This document shows positions 26,208-34,736 of a stretch of DNA of 64,000 bases, in pieces. Positions within the stretch are counted from its first letter, which is position 1. The number at the start of each line of letters is the position of its first letter. Source of the stretch: a virus; the IMG/VR virus record IMGVR_UViG_3300045988_142974, positions 108,868 to 172,867 of that record, one strand, 5' to 3'. The translations under genes and the position numbers were made by a program. The notes beneath the pieces were generated by a model that was given only the letters and a program-made list of their open reading frames with translations, ran no database searches and was not told the origin of the DNA.

Positions 26208-27257
26208 ATGAACAATGAAAATAAAAATACTAATTCATCAGAGTTTAAACATACAAAAGACGATTTGGCTCGTCTTATGAGTATGTCTCTCAATGAAAAA
26301 GTTGGTGTCACACAAGCACGAACTATGGAATGGTATGTCCATTATAATAAAAAGTGTTATGTGTCATTTTCAGGTGGCAAGGATAGTACAGTTCTTGCAT
26401 ACATAGCTGCACAAGTTTGTTACTTATTTAAGTGTAAGCTTGTTCTTTGGTTTTCTGATACAGGATTGGAATTTCCTGAATTAAGAGAACATGTCAAAAC
26501 TTATGGAGATTGGTTGATGAAACAATTTCCTGGTTCAGAAGGTTTTCCACCATTAGTAGTTGAAACAATTATAGATCCACCAAAAGACAGAAAAGGAAAG
26601 AGAATAGTATTTAAGGATGTGATTCTTAATCAAGGATATCCAATTCTTAGTAAAAATATCAGTAGACAGATTGGTGATGTCCAGAGATTAGGACAAGACT
26701 GTTGGGCTGCAAGATGTTTCGATGGCAGAGAAACAGGAATGTATGACATGAGAAAGTGGAAATTTGTCATAGATGCACCATTTAAAGTATCAAATAAATG
26801 TTGTGACATTATGAAGAAACGACCAGCTCATCGTTTTACAAAAGAGTCTGGACTTATGCCATTAGTTGCAACAATGACTTGTGAAAGTAAGCAGAGAAAA
26901 ACAGAGTGGTTACATAATGGATGTAATGCATTTGATAAGAAAAATCCAAGCAGTCAGCCAATGAGTTTTTGGACTGAGCAAGATGTACTTAAATTTATAG
27001 TGAGATACGACCTTCCTTATCCATCTGTATATGGTGAGATAAAGCAGAATGAAAAAGGAGAATATTATACTACAGGATATAGTCGTACAGGCTGTATGTT
27101 CTGTGCATATGGTTGTCATTTAGAGAAAGAACCGAATAGATTTCAGATGCTAAAGCAGACACATCCTAAGATTTGGGAGTATTGTATGAAACCTGTATCC
27201 GAAGGTGGGCTTGGAATGAAAACAGTCTTGGAATTTATTGGTGTTAAGTTCGAGTAA
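26208..27257 (+). CDS. PAPS-reductase-family PP-loop protein (DndC/IbrA-like)
   Basis: VSFSGGKDSTVLAYIA PP-loop; C-terminal Cys cluster TGCMFCAYGC; no SD at start. Confidence 0.8.
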   Translation: MNNENKNTNSSEFKHTKDDLARLMSMSLNEKVGVTQARTMEWYVHYNKKCYVSFSGGKDSTVLAYIAAQVCYLFKCKLVLWFSDTGLEFPELREHVKTYGDWLMKQFPGSEGFPPLVVETIIDPPKDRKGKRIVFKDVILNQGYPILSKNISRQIGDVQRLGQDCWAARCFDGRETGMYDMRKWKFVIDAPFKVSNKCCDIMKKRPAHRFTKESGLMPLVATMTCESKQRKTEWLHNGCNAFDKKNPSSQPMSFWTEQDVLKFIVRYDLPYPSVYGEIKQNEKGEYYTTGYSRTGCMFCAYGCHLEKEPNRFQMLKQTHPKIWEYCMKPVSEGGLGMKTVLEFIGVKFE

Positions 27258-27270
27258 AAAGAGGTGCAAT

Positions 27271-27456
27271 ATGAAAAGATATGAACTTTATATTACTGGT
27301 AAAAGAACTATCGACTTAGAAGATTATAAAGATATTGGCGAGTATGTAAATAATATCATTGAAGGAAATGGCGAAGAAGATGGATATCAGGATTTAGACG
27401 AACTTTTGGATGATATGGAATACGAGACATTAAACTATAGGAAAATTGTTTGTTAA
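27271..27456 (+). CDS. hypothetical acidic protein
   Basis: ATG 27271 after AGAGGTG. Confidence 0.5.
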   Translation: MKRYELYITGKRTIDLEDYKDIGEYVNNIIEGNGEEDGYQDLDELLDDMEYETLNYRKIVC

Positions 27457-27468
27457 ATATTAAAATTT

Positions 27469-27492
27469 GGCAAGAAATTTTTCTTTCTTGGG
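27469..27492 (+). promoter_or_regulatory. dyad motif copy
   Basis: ggcaagaaa tttttc tttcttggg (7-bp perfect arms CAAGAAA/TTTCTTG); runs into GGAGGTGA SD. Confidence 0.65.
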
Positions 27493-27503
27493 AGGTGATT
27501 AAT

Positions 27504-27686
27504 ATATTTCATAGAGAGAGAACTAAAGTCGAAAATGGATGCGATTGTTGGGGAAAACCGGAATATGATGATGTATATGAAGTTTATTATAATGATGAAT
27601 TTGTATGTCGTATGTCAAGTGATCCAATAGTATTGGTGGATAAGATAAATGATGTTTTAATTAATTATAGGAGAATGACTATATAG
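27504..27686 (+). CDS. hypothetical protein; candidate ATA start (track ORF 27450-27686)
   Basis: Track TTG 27450 would read through the dyad motif and SD. In-frame ATA 27504 lies 5 nt after GGAGGTGA (27491-98). No in-frame ATG until far downstream. Confidence 0.4.
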   Translation: MFHRERTKVENGCDCWGKPEYDDVYEVYYNDEFVCRMSSDPIVLVDKINDVLINYRRMTI

Positions 27687-27732
27687 GATAGCTAATTGAT
27701 AAAACAGTATTATGAAAATCGGAGGGAAAAGA

Positions 27733-27936
27733 ATGAAAAGAGGAGATATTATTGAATTAATTGAGGATACAACATTTTATAAAAAAGGTAAGAAGGCTTA
27801 TTTTATTGGTAGATCGAATTTTAATCCTAATAATATCGAAATTGTTTGGGTTGGTGAAGAACAAGCTTATAAAGATGGCGATATAGATGAATTTCCAGCT
27901 AGATTGTTTAAGCAGGTGGAACATGGCGATAGGTGA
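27733..27936 (+). CDS. hypothetical protein
   Basis: ATG 27733 after GGAGGG. Confidence 0.5.
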   Translation: MKRGDIIELIEDTTFYKKGKKAYFIGRSNFNPNNIEIVWVGEEQAYKDGDIDEFPARLFKQVEHGDR

Positions 27937-28210
27937 TGGAAGAAAAACATATTCCGACAGTACATTAAAATCTATAACAAAAGATAAACTGATTGATATT
28001 ATTCGCTGCTTAGAAAGTAATCTCAGAAATGCTTATGAGACAAATGATATTCAGTATGAGCATTGTAAGAGGTTACTGAGTGAAGAGAAGAATAAAACTC
28101 TTGATGAAGTTCTAAAGGCTTGTGACATTGAATGTGGACTTTATAGTGGTGATGTTAAAAATCTTACAAGACATGTTTTGATGAGAGTATTAGATAGATT
28201 GAGAGAATAA
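27923..28210 (+). CDS. hypothetical protein
   Basis: ATG 27923 after AGGTGGA. Confidence 0.5.
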   Translation: MAIGDGRKTYSDSTLKSITKDKLIDIIRCLESNLRNAYETNDIQYEHCKRLLSEEKNKTLDEVLKACDIECGLYSGDVKNLTRHVLMRVLDRLRE

Positions 28211-28239
28211 ATGTAAATAAAATAGAAAGGATATAGAGT

Positions 28240-28971
28240 ATGTATACAGAGCAGAACAGAGGGTTTACTGTGATAACAAATTTTGGATGTGATTGCCATT
28301 GTAAATATTGTATTACAAAGCATCATCCAATTTTGCAAAATGCGGTAACTGATAAAAATAAAATAGATTGGGAGCATTTAGAGAAGTGTATTTCTGAATC
28401 AAATGCACCTACTGTTAATTTATCAGGTGGTGGAGATCCATTTTATGATTGGCAGAATAATATTGATTTTTACAATCATATGTATGAACTGGCTACAAAA
28501 TATGGAAAGAAGCTAGATATACATACTCGTATTCTTCCTACAGATATGGATTTGATTAAAAAGTTTAGAAAGATTGCCTTAAGCATTGAGCCTTACGATA
28601 CAAGAGCAATGGAACGATTGCAAGTCATATTACCTGAGATTGAGAAAACTACTAAGTTGAGAGTTATTAATGTACTAAATGAAAGAATGACTACAGAAGA
28701 TTGTCTTGATTATATAAACAAGATGCACAATATTGGTGTTAAGCAGATTACGTTTAGACAGATGTTTGGTAATAAAAATGCATATCAGAACTTCTTAAAT
28801 ATCAAAAACACCATCAATATTCCAGGTGTTATGTTCCTACCAGATGGTGAATATCATCATTACTATTTCACAACCAATAACAAGCTTTATCCATATTTCT
28901 TTGGTTATACAGAGAATGATAGAAAGGTGTGGATGAAGAAATATGAAGAAATTGAACAATATTGTGGTTGA
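28240..28971 (+). CDS. radical SAM enzyme (small, unassigned subfamily)
   Basis: NFGCDCHCKYC gives CxxxCxxC (C17,C21,C24); LSGGGDP glycine-rich SAM motif. Confidence 0.75.
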   Translation: MYTEQNRGFTVITNFGCDCHCKYCITKHHPILQNAVTDKNKIDWEHLEKCISESNAPTVNLSGGGDPFYDWQNNIDFYNHMYELATKYGKKLDIHTRILPTDMDLIKKFRKIALSIEPYDTRAMERLQVILPEIEKTTKLRVINVLNERMTTEDCLDYINKMHNIGVKQITFRQMFGNKNAYQNFLNIKNTINIPGVMFLPDGEYHHYYFTTNNKLYPYFFGYTENDRKVWMKKYEEIEQYCG

Positions 28972-29371
28972 TCCATATCTTAATGATGATATGTGTATAG
29001 ATCGCTTGGTTGAAAATTGGAAACTACACAATGGAATAATAATTGCATTTGATTTTGATAATACAATTTTTGATTACTATGACAAAGGATATAGGTATGA
29101 CAAAGTTATTACTCTATTAAGAGAATGTAAAGATATGGGATGTACATTGATTCTCAGTACATGTTGTGACGAATCAAAATTTGAATTTATGGAGAATAAA
29201 TGTATAGAGGTTGGAATTCATATTGATTACATAAATGACTCACCACCTTATATCCCTTTCACTGGCAATAAAATCTATTACAACATTATGTTAGACGATA
29301 GAGCTGGTTTGAGTGCAGCTTATAAAATTTTGTATGAGACAAAGGAGAGAATTAAAAATGAAACATTTTGA
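28943..29371 (+). CDS. HAD-superfamily phosphatase (nucleotidase-like)
   Basis: IAFDFDNTIFD (DxDxT motif I), MLDDRAG (motif IV); overlaps both neighbours. Confidence 0.65.
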   Translation: MKKLNNIVVDPYLNDDMCIDRLVENWKLHNGIIIAFDFDNTIFDYYDKGYRYDKVITLLRECKDMGCTLILSTCCDESKFEFMENKCIEVGIHIDYINDSPPYIPFTGNKIYYNIMLDDRAGLSAAYKILYETKERIKNETF

Positions 29372-30335
29372 ATTAGTAAAAGAGTACGCATATCCAAGTG
29401 GTAGTGTTTATGTTCTTTATAATAAAGAAAAGAATTTCTACATTGAAACTACTTCTATGCAGGATGTAAATACAAAAGGAAAATCTCAGGAAATCATTAT
29501 GACAGATGATGCAGATTTGATTAAAAAGAATCTCGTTCCGTTTGAGGAAAAGTGGCTTACAGCGATTAGTACACAGTACGGATGTCCACAGCATTGTCAG
29601 TTCTGTTTAGTACCAGAGTTAGGATTTCACGGAAATCTTTCTACAGAAGAAATGTGGGAACAGCTTGAATTTGTATTTAATCAGCATCCACAGGTCACAA
29701 AGAGCGACAAGATTAAAGTGGGCTTTGCACGTATGGGAGAACCACAATATAACTGGAAAAATATTTTACAGGTAATGAGAGATATGAAAACTTATAGAGA
29801 AGGATTTACTTTCTTGCCTTGCTACAACACAATTCTTCCTAAAGTGAAAGTATTTGGTAAGAGTCCAGTTGATGTTCTGAAGGACGAAGTTATGTCTGTA
29901 AAAGAGTATCTTGACGGATTTATGCACATTCAAATTTCAACAAATAGCACAAATGAAGATGAGAGAAAGTATCTGTTTGGTGGTGCTGATGTTGTAACTA
30001 TCGAAGAGATGAAGAAAGAATTTAATAATATGCCGAATAACAATAGACTTATCACTCTGAATTTTATTTGTGGAGCAGGATGGGAACTTGATCCAAACAA
30101 GTTATATGGTCTTGATCCGAATGTGTTTTGTGTTAAAATTACACCTCTTAATACAACGACAGCTACTAAGGAGCATGGTCTTGAAGATGCAATTCAGTGG
30201 AATTGGGAGAATATGAATAAGATTAAAGAAAAGGTTGAGAGTTGTGGTCTAAAGGTAGTTGTAGATGTAGCTGCTAAAGCAGAATTACCATTATGCTGTG
30301 GTAACTTGGTTCAGGATTATAAAAAGAATAGATAG
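29358..30335 (+). CDS. RlmN/Cfr-like radical SAM methyltransferase homologue
   Basis: ISTQYGCPQHCQFCLVPELGFHGNLSTEEM, ARMGEPQYN, IQISTNSTNEDER, KITPLNT, LPLCCGNL parallel E. coli RlmN blocks as I recall them; ATG 29358 after AAGGAGAG. Confidence 0.7.
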   Translation: MKHFELVKEYAYPSGSVYVLYNKEKNFYIETTSMQDVNTKGKSQEIIMTDDADLIKKNLVPFEEKWLTAISTQYGCPQHCQFCLVPELGFHGNLSTEEMWEQLEFVFNQHPQVTKSDKIKVGFARMGEPQYNWKNILQVMRDMKTYREGFTFLPCYNTILPKVKVFGKSPVDVLKDEVMSVKEYLDGFMHIQISTNSTNEDERKYLFGGADVVTIEEMKKEFNNMPNNNRLITLNFICGAGWELDPNKLYGLDPNVFCVKITPLNTTTATKEHGLEDAIQWNWENMNKIKEKVESCGLKVVVDVAAKAELPLCCGNLVQDYKKNR

Positions 30336-30357
30336 GAAGAAAGATTCGTTTCTTGTG
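30334..30357 (+). promoter_or_regulatory. dyad motif copy
   Basis: aggaagaaa gattcg tttcttgtg; left half overlaps stop 30333-35. Confidence 0.65.
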
Positions 30358-30409
30358 AAAATCTAAACAGAGAATATATCTATAGATTAAATGTTTGGAG
30401 GAAAAGACA

Positions 30410-31063
30410 ATGGCATACATATATAGGTACACTGATTTAGTGGATAACATAATCAAATATGTTGGAATAGTATGGTCTGACAACAGAAGTTTAGAAGATA
30501 GACTGTATGAACATGAATTAAGAGATGACTGGTGTAGAACAAGAAAATGGAAAATTGAATACTTAACAGAGAATATTACAACAAGAACTGATGCTGAGTA
30601 TTTTGAAGCACATTACATTAGTTTGTATCAAACAGATAAATATTTTAATGTTTCTAAAGCAGGTTGGGGTGTAAGTTCATTTTTACCAAATAGAGAAAAT
30701 GATTGGGTAGAATTTATACAAAAGCCAATTGCATTAAAACAGAATTTGTCAGATTTGAGACTAACAATAATGGAAGAAAAGCGTAAGCTCAATAAACTTC
30801 AGTTTGAGATCGAGGATAAGAATAAAGAGTTGGATAAGCTTGCGTGTAATATAAATTACTGTCTTGATTCATCTAATAATTTCACTCTTAACTCTAGTGA
30901 ATTAATAAAAAGATTAGATGAGAAAAGAGCCACGTATGAAGATTTCCAATATGGAATTACAAGTAAATCCTCGATTAATAAATGGATATATAGAGAAGAA
31001 GGAATTAGAGCTGCAATTTCGATAGTAAAAGAATATCTTTTGGATATGAAGTGTGCAGTTTAA
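30410..31063 (+). CDS. GIY-YIG domain protein (possible free-standing homing endonuclease)
   Basis: YIYRYTDLVDNIIKYVGIVWSDNRSLEDRLYEHE fits the GIY-(10)-YVG...R...E pattern; coiled-coil C-terminus. Confidence 0.5.
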   Translation: MAYIYRYTDLVDNIIKYVGIVWSDNRSLEDRLYEHELRDDWCRTRKWKIEYLTENITTRTDAEYFEAHYISLYQTDKYFNVSKAGWGVSSFLPNRENDWVEFIQKPIALKQNLSDLRLTIMEEKRKLNKLQFEIEDKNKELDKLACNINYCLDSSNNFTLNSSELIKRLDEKRATYEDFQYGITSKSSINKWIYREEGIRAAISIVKEYLLDMKCAV

Positions 31064-31085
31064 GAAGAATTATCGGTTTCATGTG
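31062..31085 (+). promoter_or_regulatory. dyad motif copy (weaker)
   Basis: aagaagaat tatcgg tttcatgtg; runs into GGAGG SD of 31097. Confidence 0.45.
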
Positions 31086-31096
31086 GAGGTAAAAAG

Positions 31097-31645
31097 ATGA
31101 CAATAGATGAGAGAATAGAGTTCTTGAAAACATATATCAATGAGTTTGAAAAGACTAGCCAATATGGTTATGGATATAGAGCAAATGAATATTTAAAGAC
31201 TTGTGAAAAGCTAAAAGCGTTGGGATTCAATTGGGGAGATAAAATTGATTTTGAAGATTTTAGAATCTACAAAGGTCATAATATCTCAAATTCATCTACT
31301 AACTATAAAGGTAATGACGATGATTATTATATTCATTGGGATAATGGCAATGTTGGTTGTCTGATGTTTGTTAATAGTGAAAATTGGGATTTAGCACAGG
31401 ATGATTACAATGAGTTTTTAGAGAAATTAAGATCTTATGGTGCTGTAGATTGGGATGATTTTAATGCACATATTATTTTTGACATTGAACATGGTAAAAA
31501 ATTACTTGAAGACTATCCAAAAATCAGACAAGAGACTGCTGATAAAATAAAAAAGAAGTTGAAAAATGAAGAGTTAGCCAAAGCAAAAAGAAAGTATGAG
31601 CAACTTTTAGCTGAGTCAGGAGGTGAAATTTCAAATGACTTGTAA
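31097..31645 (+). CDS. hypothetical protein
   Basis: GGAGG SD; 182 aa. Confidence 0.55.
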   Translation: MTIDERIEFLKTYINEFEKTSQYGYGYRANEYLKTCEKLKALGFNWGDKIDFEDFRIYKGHNISNSSTNYKGNDDDYYIHWDNGNVGCLMFVNSENWDLAQDDYNEFLEKLRSYGAVDWDDFNAHIIFDIEHGKKLLEDYPKIRQETADKIKKKLKNEELAKAKRKYEQLLAESGGEISNDL

Positions 31646-32003
31646 GTATCCAATAACTAGTAGAAGTTATAAATTTTGTATAGGCTGTAGTGATATAGGT
31701 TGTTGCGAAGATGCTGTTACTTCTAATATACCTATGCCAGAAGTTCAGCCGCCAAAGAATGTTATTCCGTCTGCATCCGAAGCAAATAAGATGACAAACA
31801 ATGTAATTGATAGTTGCACTACACAGCAATTAGCAGAATTATTTAAATTAATTAGAGATGCGATTGCAGATGGCAAATTTTTAATCAGTGAAGATGGTTC
31901 TTTGAAGCCTGAAACACGAAAGAAATTAGAGGAACTTGGTTATAAAGTCGAGACTGGTACTCAGGACAATGAGCCATATTACAGTATCAGTTGGAAGGAG
32001 TAA
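31635..32003 (+). CDS. hypothetical protein (N-terminal Cys cluster)
   Basis: ATG 31635 after AGGAGGTGA. Confidence 0.5.
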   Translation: MTCKYPITSRSYKFCIGCSDIGCCEDAVTSNIPMPEVQPPKNVIPSASEANKMTNNVIDSCTTQQLAELFKLIRDAIADGKFLISEDGSLKPETRKKLEELGYKVETGTQDNEPYYSISWKE

Positions 32004-32005
32004 AT

Positions 32006-32257
32006 ATGGCATACGGAGTAAAAGTAGGAATTAAAGCAAAAGATATTTATGATAGATTAACACTTGCTGAAAAAGAAAGATTTGAAGAGGTCATTATTTC
32101 AGACGTGAACAAAACAGAAGATGAAGTAATTATTACTGCAATTGCTATTGAAAAACATAATTATGATGAAAATAAATATAAGGAACTTGTAAAAAAGGAG
32201 TCTTGGGCTATGCAAAACATTGGGAAAATAAGTAGTTGTCCAAAGATATCTTTGTAA
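32006..32257 (+). CDS. hypothetical protein
   Basis: ATG 32006 after GGAAGGAG. Confidence 0.5.
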   Translation: MAYGVKVGIKAKDIYDRLTLAEKERFEEVIISDVNKTEDEVIITAIAIEKHNYDENKYKELVKKESWAMQNIGKISSCPKISL

Positions 32258-32261
32258 AAAT

Positions 32262-32285
32262 CGCAGTAAATTTCGATTTCTTTTG
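32262..32285 (+). promoter_or_regulatory. dyad motif copy
   Basis: cgcagtaaa tttcga tttcttttg; followed at once by GGAGAATATAAT. Confidence 0.6.
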
Positions 32286-32317
32286 GAGAATATAATTATA
32301 GAAAGAGAGGTACATAT

Positions 32318-33175
32318 ATGCCAGTGCATGATGATTTAGGCGTTAGGATGAAGACATTTTATGAGCAGATTTCAAAGATAAAACTGATGAGAAGGTGTCC
32401 GGTTGCTATCAGAATTGATGGAAAAGCGTTCCACACATTCACAAGAGGATTTCAGAAGCCATTTGATGAAGTGCTAATTAAATCAATGCAGGAAACAATG
32501 AAATACTTATGTGAGAATATTCAGGGCTGTGTTCTTGGCTACACGCAGTCAGATGAGATTACATTAATCCTTGTTGATTATAAGAAGCTCACATCTTCAG
32601 CATGGTTTGATTACGAGGTACAGAAGATTTGCAGTATTGCGGCGAGTATGGCTACGATGGCATTTAATAAAGCTTTTGTAAAAGAAGTTAAAAAATATTC
32701 TTTTGAACTTAGTATGGGAATTCATACAGATGAAGAAAGAAGATTATTAGATATTTATCATAAAGCTATAGACAAAGGTGCAATGTTCGATGCTCGTTGT
32801 TTCAATATTCCAAAAGAAGAAGTAACAAATCTTTGCTATTGGAGACAATTAGATGCTTCTCGTAACTCAATTCAGATGGTAGGTCAAGCCAATTTCTCAC
32901 ATAAAGAATTACAGAATAAGTCATGTAATGATATTCAGGATATGCTTATGAGTCAGAAAGGTATTAACTGGAACGATTTGCCTACTTATCAGAAGAGAGG
33001 AAGTTGCTGTGTAAGGAATAAGATTATCATTGAATCTGATGGTGTTATGGCAACTGCACAATTAAGAGACACTTCTAGGTCTGAAAATGAGTGGATTATT
33101 GATACAGATATCCCTATTTTCAAAGGTGAAGGTAGAGAATATATTGATAGATTAGTTTTTGTTGGTGAAGAGTAA
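32318..33175 (+). CDS. Thg1-like protein (tRNA-His guanylyltransferase family, 3'-5' polymerase)
   Basis: VAIRIDGKAFHTFTRGFQKPFD, GYTQSDEITLIL, FDARCF, YWRQLDASRNS match Thg1/TLP blocks. Confidence 0.85.
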   Translation: MPVHDDLGVRMKTFYEQISKIKLMRRCPVAIRIDGKAFHTFTRGFQKPFDEVLIKSMQETMKYLCENIQGCVLGYTQSDEITLILVDYKKLTSSAWFDYEVQKICSIAASMATMAFNKAFVKEVKKYSFELSMGIHTDEERRLLDIYHKAIDKGAMFDARCFNIPKEEVTNLCYWRQLDASRNSIQMVGQANFSHKELQNKSCNDIQDMLMSQKGINWNDLPTYQKRGSCCVRNKIIIESDGVMATAQLRDTSRSENEWIIDTDIPIFKGEGREYIDRLVFVGEE

Positions 33176-33199
33176 GTAAATATAAAGGAGAATATATAT

Positions 33200-33556
33200 A
33201 TGAATGAAACAATTAAAAATGAAGAAGCGTTGGAAGAAGTTAATCCAGTTGATGAGTATTTAAAAAACTATAAGGAACAGAAACTTGCAGAGTTTTGTGT
33301 TCAGAAGGACAAAGAGATTGAGAACCGTAAGGAAGAAAAACAGAAACTCATGGAACAGATTACAGATATGAAAGTTACGGTTAAGCAGCATGACGAAACA
33401 TGGAAGAATATGGATAGTTTGTATGCCAAGATTAAGAAATTATCTGTAAATGATTATTTGAAGTTATATCATATGATAAATAACGATATTGCAGGAAATT
33501 ACTCAACAATTACAACTGTACTTCCTAGTCATGTTGGTATTAATGGCAATTGGTAA
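33200..33556 (+). CDS. hypothetical coiled-coil protein
   Basis: AAGGAG SD. Confidence 0.55.
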   Translation: MNETIKNEEALEEVNPVDEYLKNYKEQKLAEFCVQKDKEIENRKEEKQKLMEQITDMKVTVKQHDETWKNMDSLYAKIKKLSVNDYLKLYHMINNDIAGNYSTITTVLPSHVGINGNW

Positions 33557-33603
33557 AATAAGAGTACATGAATCTGACATTTCTTGGTTGTGGAGGTGAG
33601 ATT

Positions 33604-33864
33604 GTGAAATACAACATTAAAACAGTAAGAACATTAGTAACAGATAATAAGAAAAGCTTTAGAGTTGGTGAAGATATTGCATTTATGTTATTCAATAAAG
33701 TGGCAAATCATCACGACCACTACATAGGACATATTATAGAAATGACAGACACTTCTATTAAAATTTCTAATATTGAAATTGATAGATGTCATGAAGATGG
33801 CGAAATGATTATTGACTTAGAAAATATTGAATCCAATAGCTGTAATTATGTGTATTATGATTAA
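33604..33864 (+). CDS. hypothetical protein
   Basis: GTG 4 nt after GGAGGTGA. Confidence 0.5.
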   Translation: MKYNIKTVRTLVTDNKKSFRVGEDIAFMLFNKVANHHDHYIGHIIEMTDTSIKISNIEIDRCHEDGEMIIDLENIESNSCNYVYYD

Positions 33865-33895
33865 AATATAGAATATATAGTTGGAGGTAAAGAAT

Positions 33896-34288
33896 ATGAG
33901 ATTTGAAAAAGAGACAGAGAATAAAATTAGAGAAGCATTTCGTCAGGAAGATTTTCAGAACTTTATGTTTGAGGCAGTTTTTGGTGAATCAAAAGACGAA
34001 TATGATGAGTTATACAGGAATGTATATAAATGGGAACTTGAAGAGATAGAGGATAGATTAATCTATTTAGTAAAATCTCATATTCATCATAATGTTCATA
34101 TTAACAGAAATGCCATTGTTACTTTTATTCTTGAAAATATAGCAGAAGATCTTGGTGGTGATGATTTAGATTGCAAAAATATAAAATTCTTTGCTTTCTG
34201 TAACCATCTATACTACATAATTTTTGATATTGTTGCTAAGCCATATTTTATGAAAGATGTAATGGATAAAGACAAAAGACAGAATTGA
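33896..34288 (+). CDS. hypothetical protein
   Basis: ATG after TGGAGGT. Confidence 0.5.
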   Translation: MRFEKETENKIREAFRQEDFQNFMFEAVFGESKDEYDELYRNVYKWELEEIEDRLIYLVKSHIHHNVHINRNAIVTFILENIAEDLGGDDLDCKNIKFFAFCNHLYYIIFDIVAKPYFMKDVMDKDKRQN

Positions 34289-34326
34289 GATAAAACAGAG
34301 AATATATAGTTGGAGGTGAGAAACAA

Positions 34327-34674
34327 ATGAACTTACAGGAAAATGTAAATAAGTCACTAATGTTATCAAAGGTGGAACAGATGCATGATTTTAGAGGTTG
34401 GGCAAGAAAACTTCCTGCTTTTCACTTTGATAAAGAATGGGATGTGACGATTATTCCACCATTTGCAGGTGCGATTATCAGATTTGTAATTGATTATAAT
34501 GGAAAGCATGTGTCGGTATATTTTGATGCGTATTCAGAACTTGGATGGATGTATGATGAAGATGAGCAGCCAATTCCATATTTTGAATATTATGATGGTG
34601 AAGATACTCATAGATATTATCTTGATGAGTCAGAACAGATGATGACTGATATTAGAAATTTCTTAAACAATTAG
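34327..34674 (+). CDS. hypothetical protein
   Basis: ATG 7 nt after GGAGGTGA. Confidence 0.55.
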   Translation: MNLQENVNKSLMLSKVEQMHDFRGWARKLPAFHFDKEWDVTIIPPFAGAIIRFVIDYNGKHVSVYFDAYSELGWMYDEDEQPIPYFEYYDGEDTHRYYLDESEQMMTDIRNFLNN

Positions 34675-34716
34675 TCTTAGCAATTCAGCTAACAATTTTC
34701 AAAAAATAAGAGAATA
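34669..34716 (+). repeat. post-stop intergenic module, copy 1 (AATTAGTCTT, hairpin with ATTCA loop, A/T tract, GAGAATA)
   Basis: aattagtctTAGCaattcaGCTAacaattttcaaaaaataagagaata; compare 36249-36306. Confidence 0.6.
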
Positions 34717-34736
34717 AAAGTAAGAGGTGAGAAATT

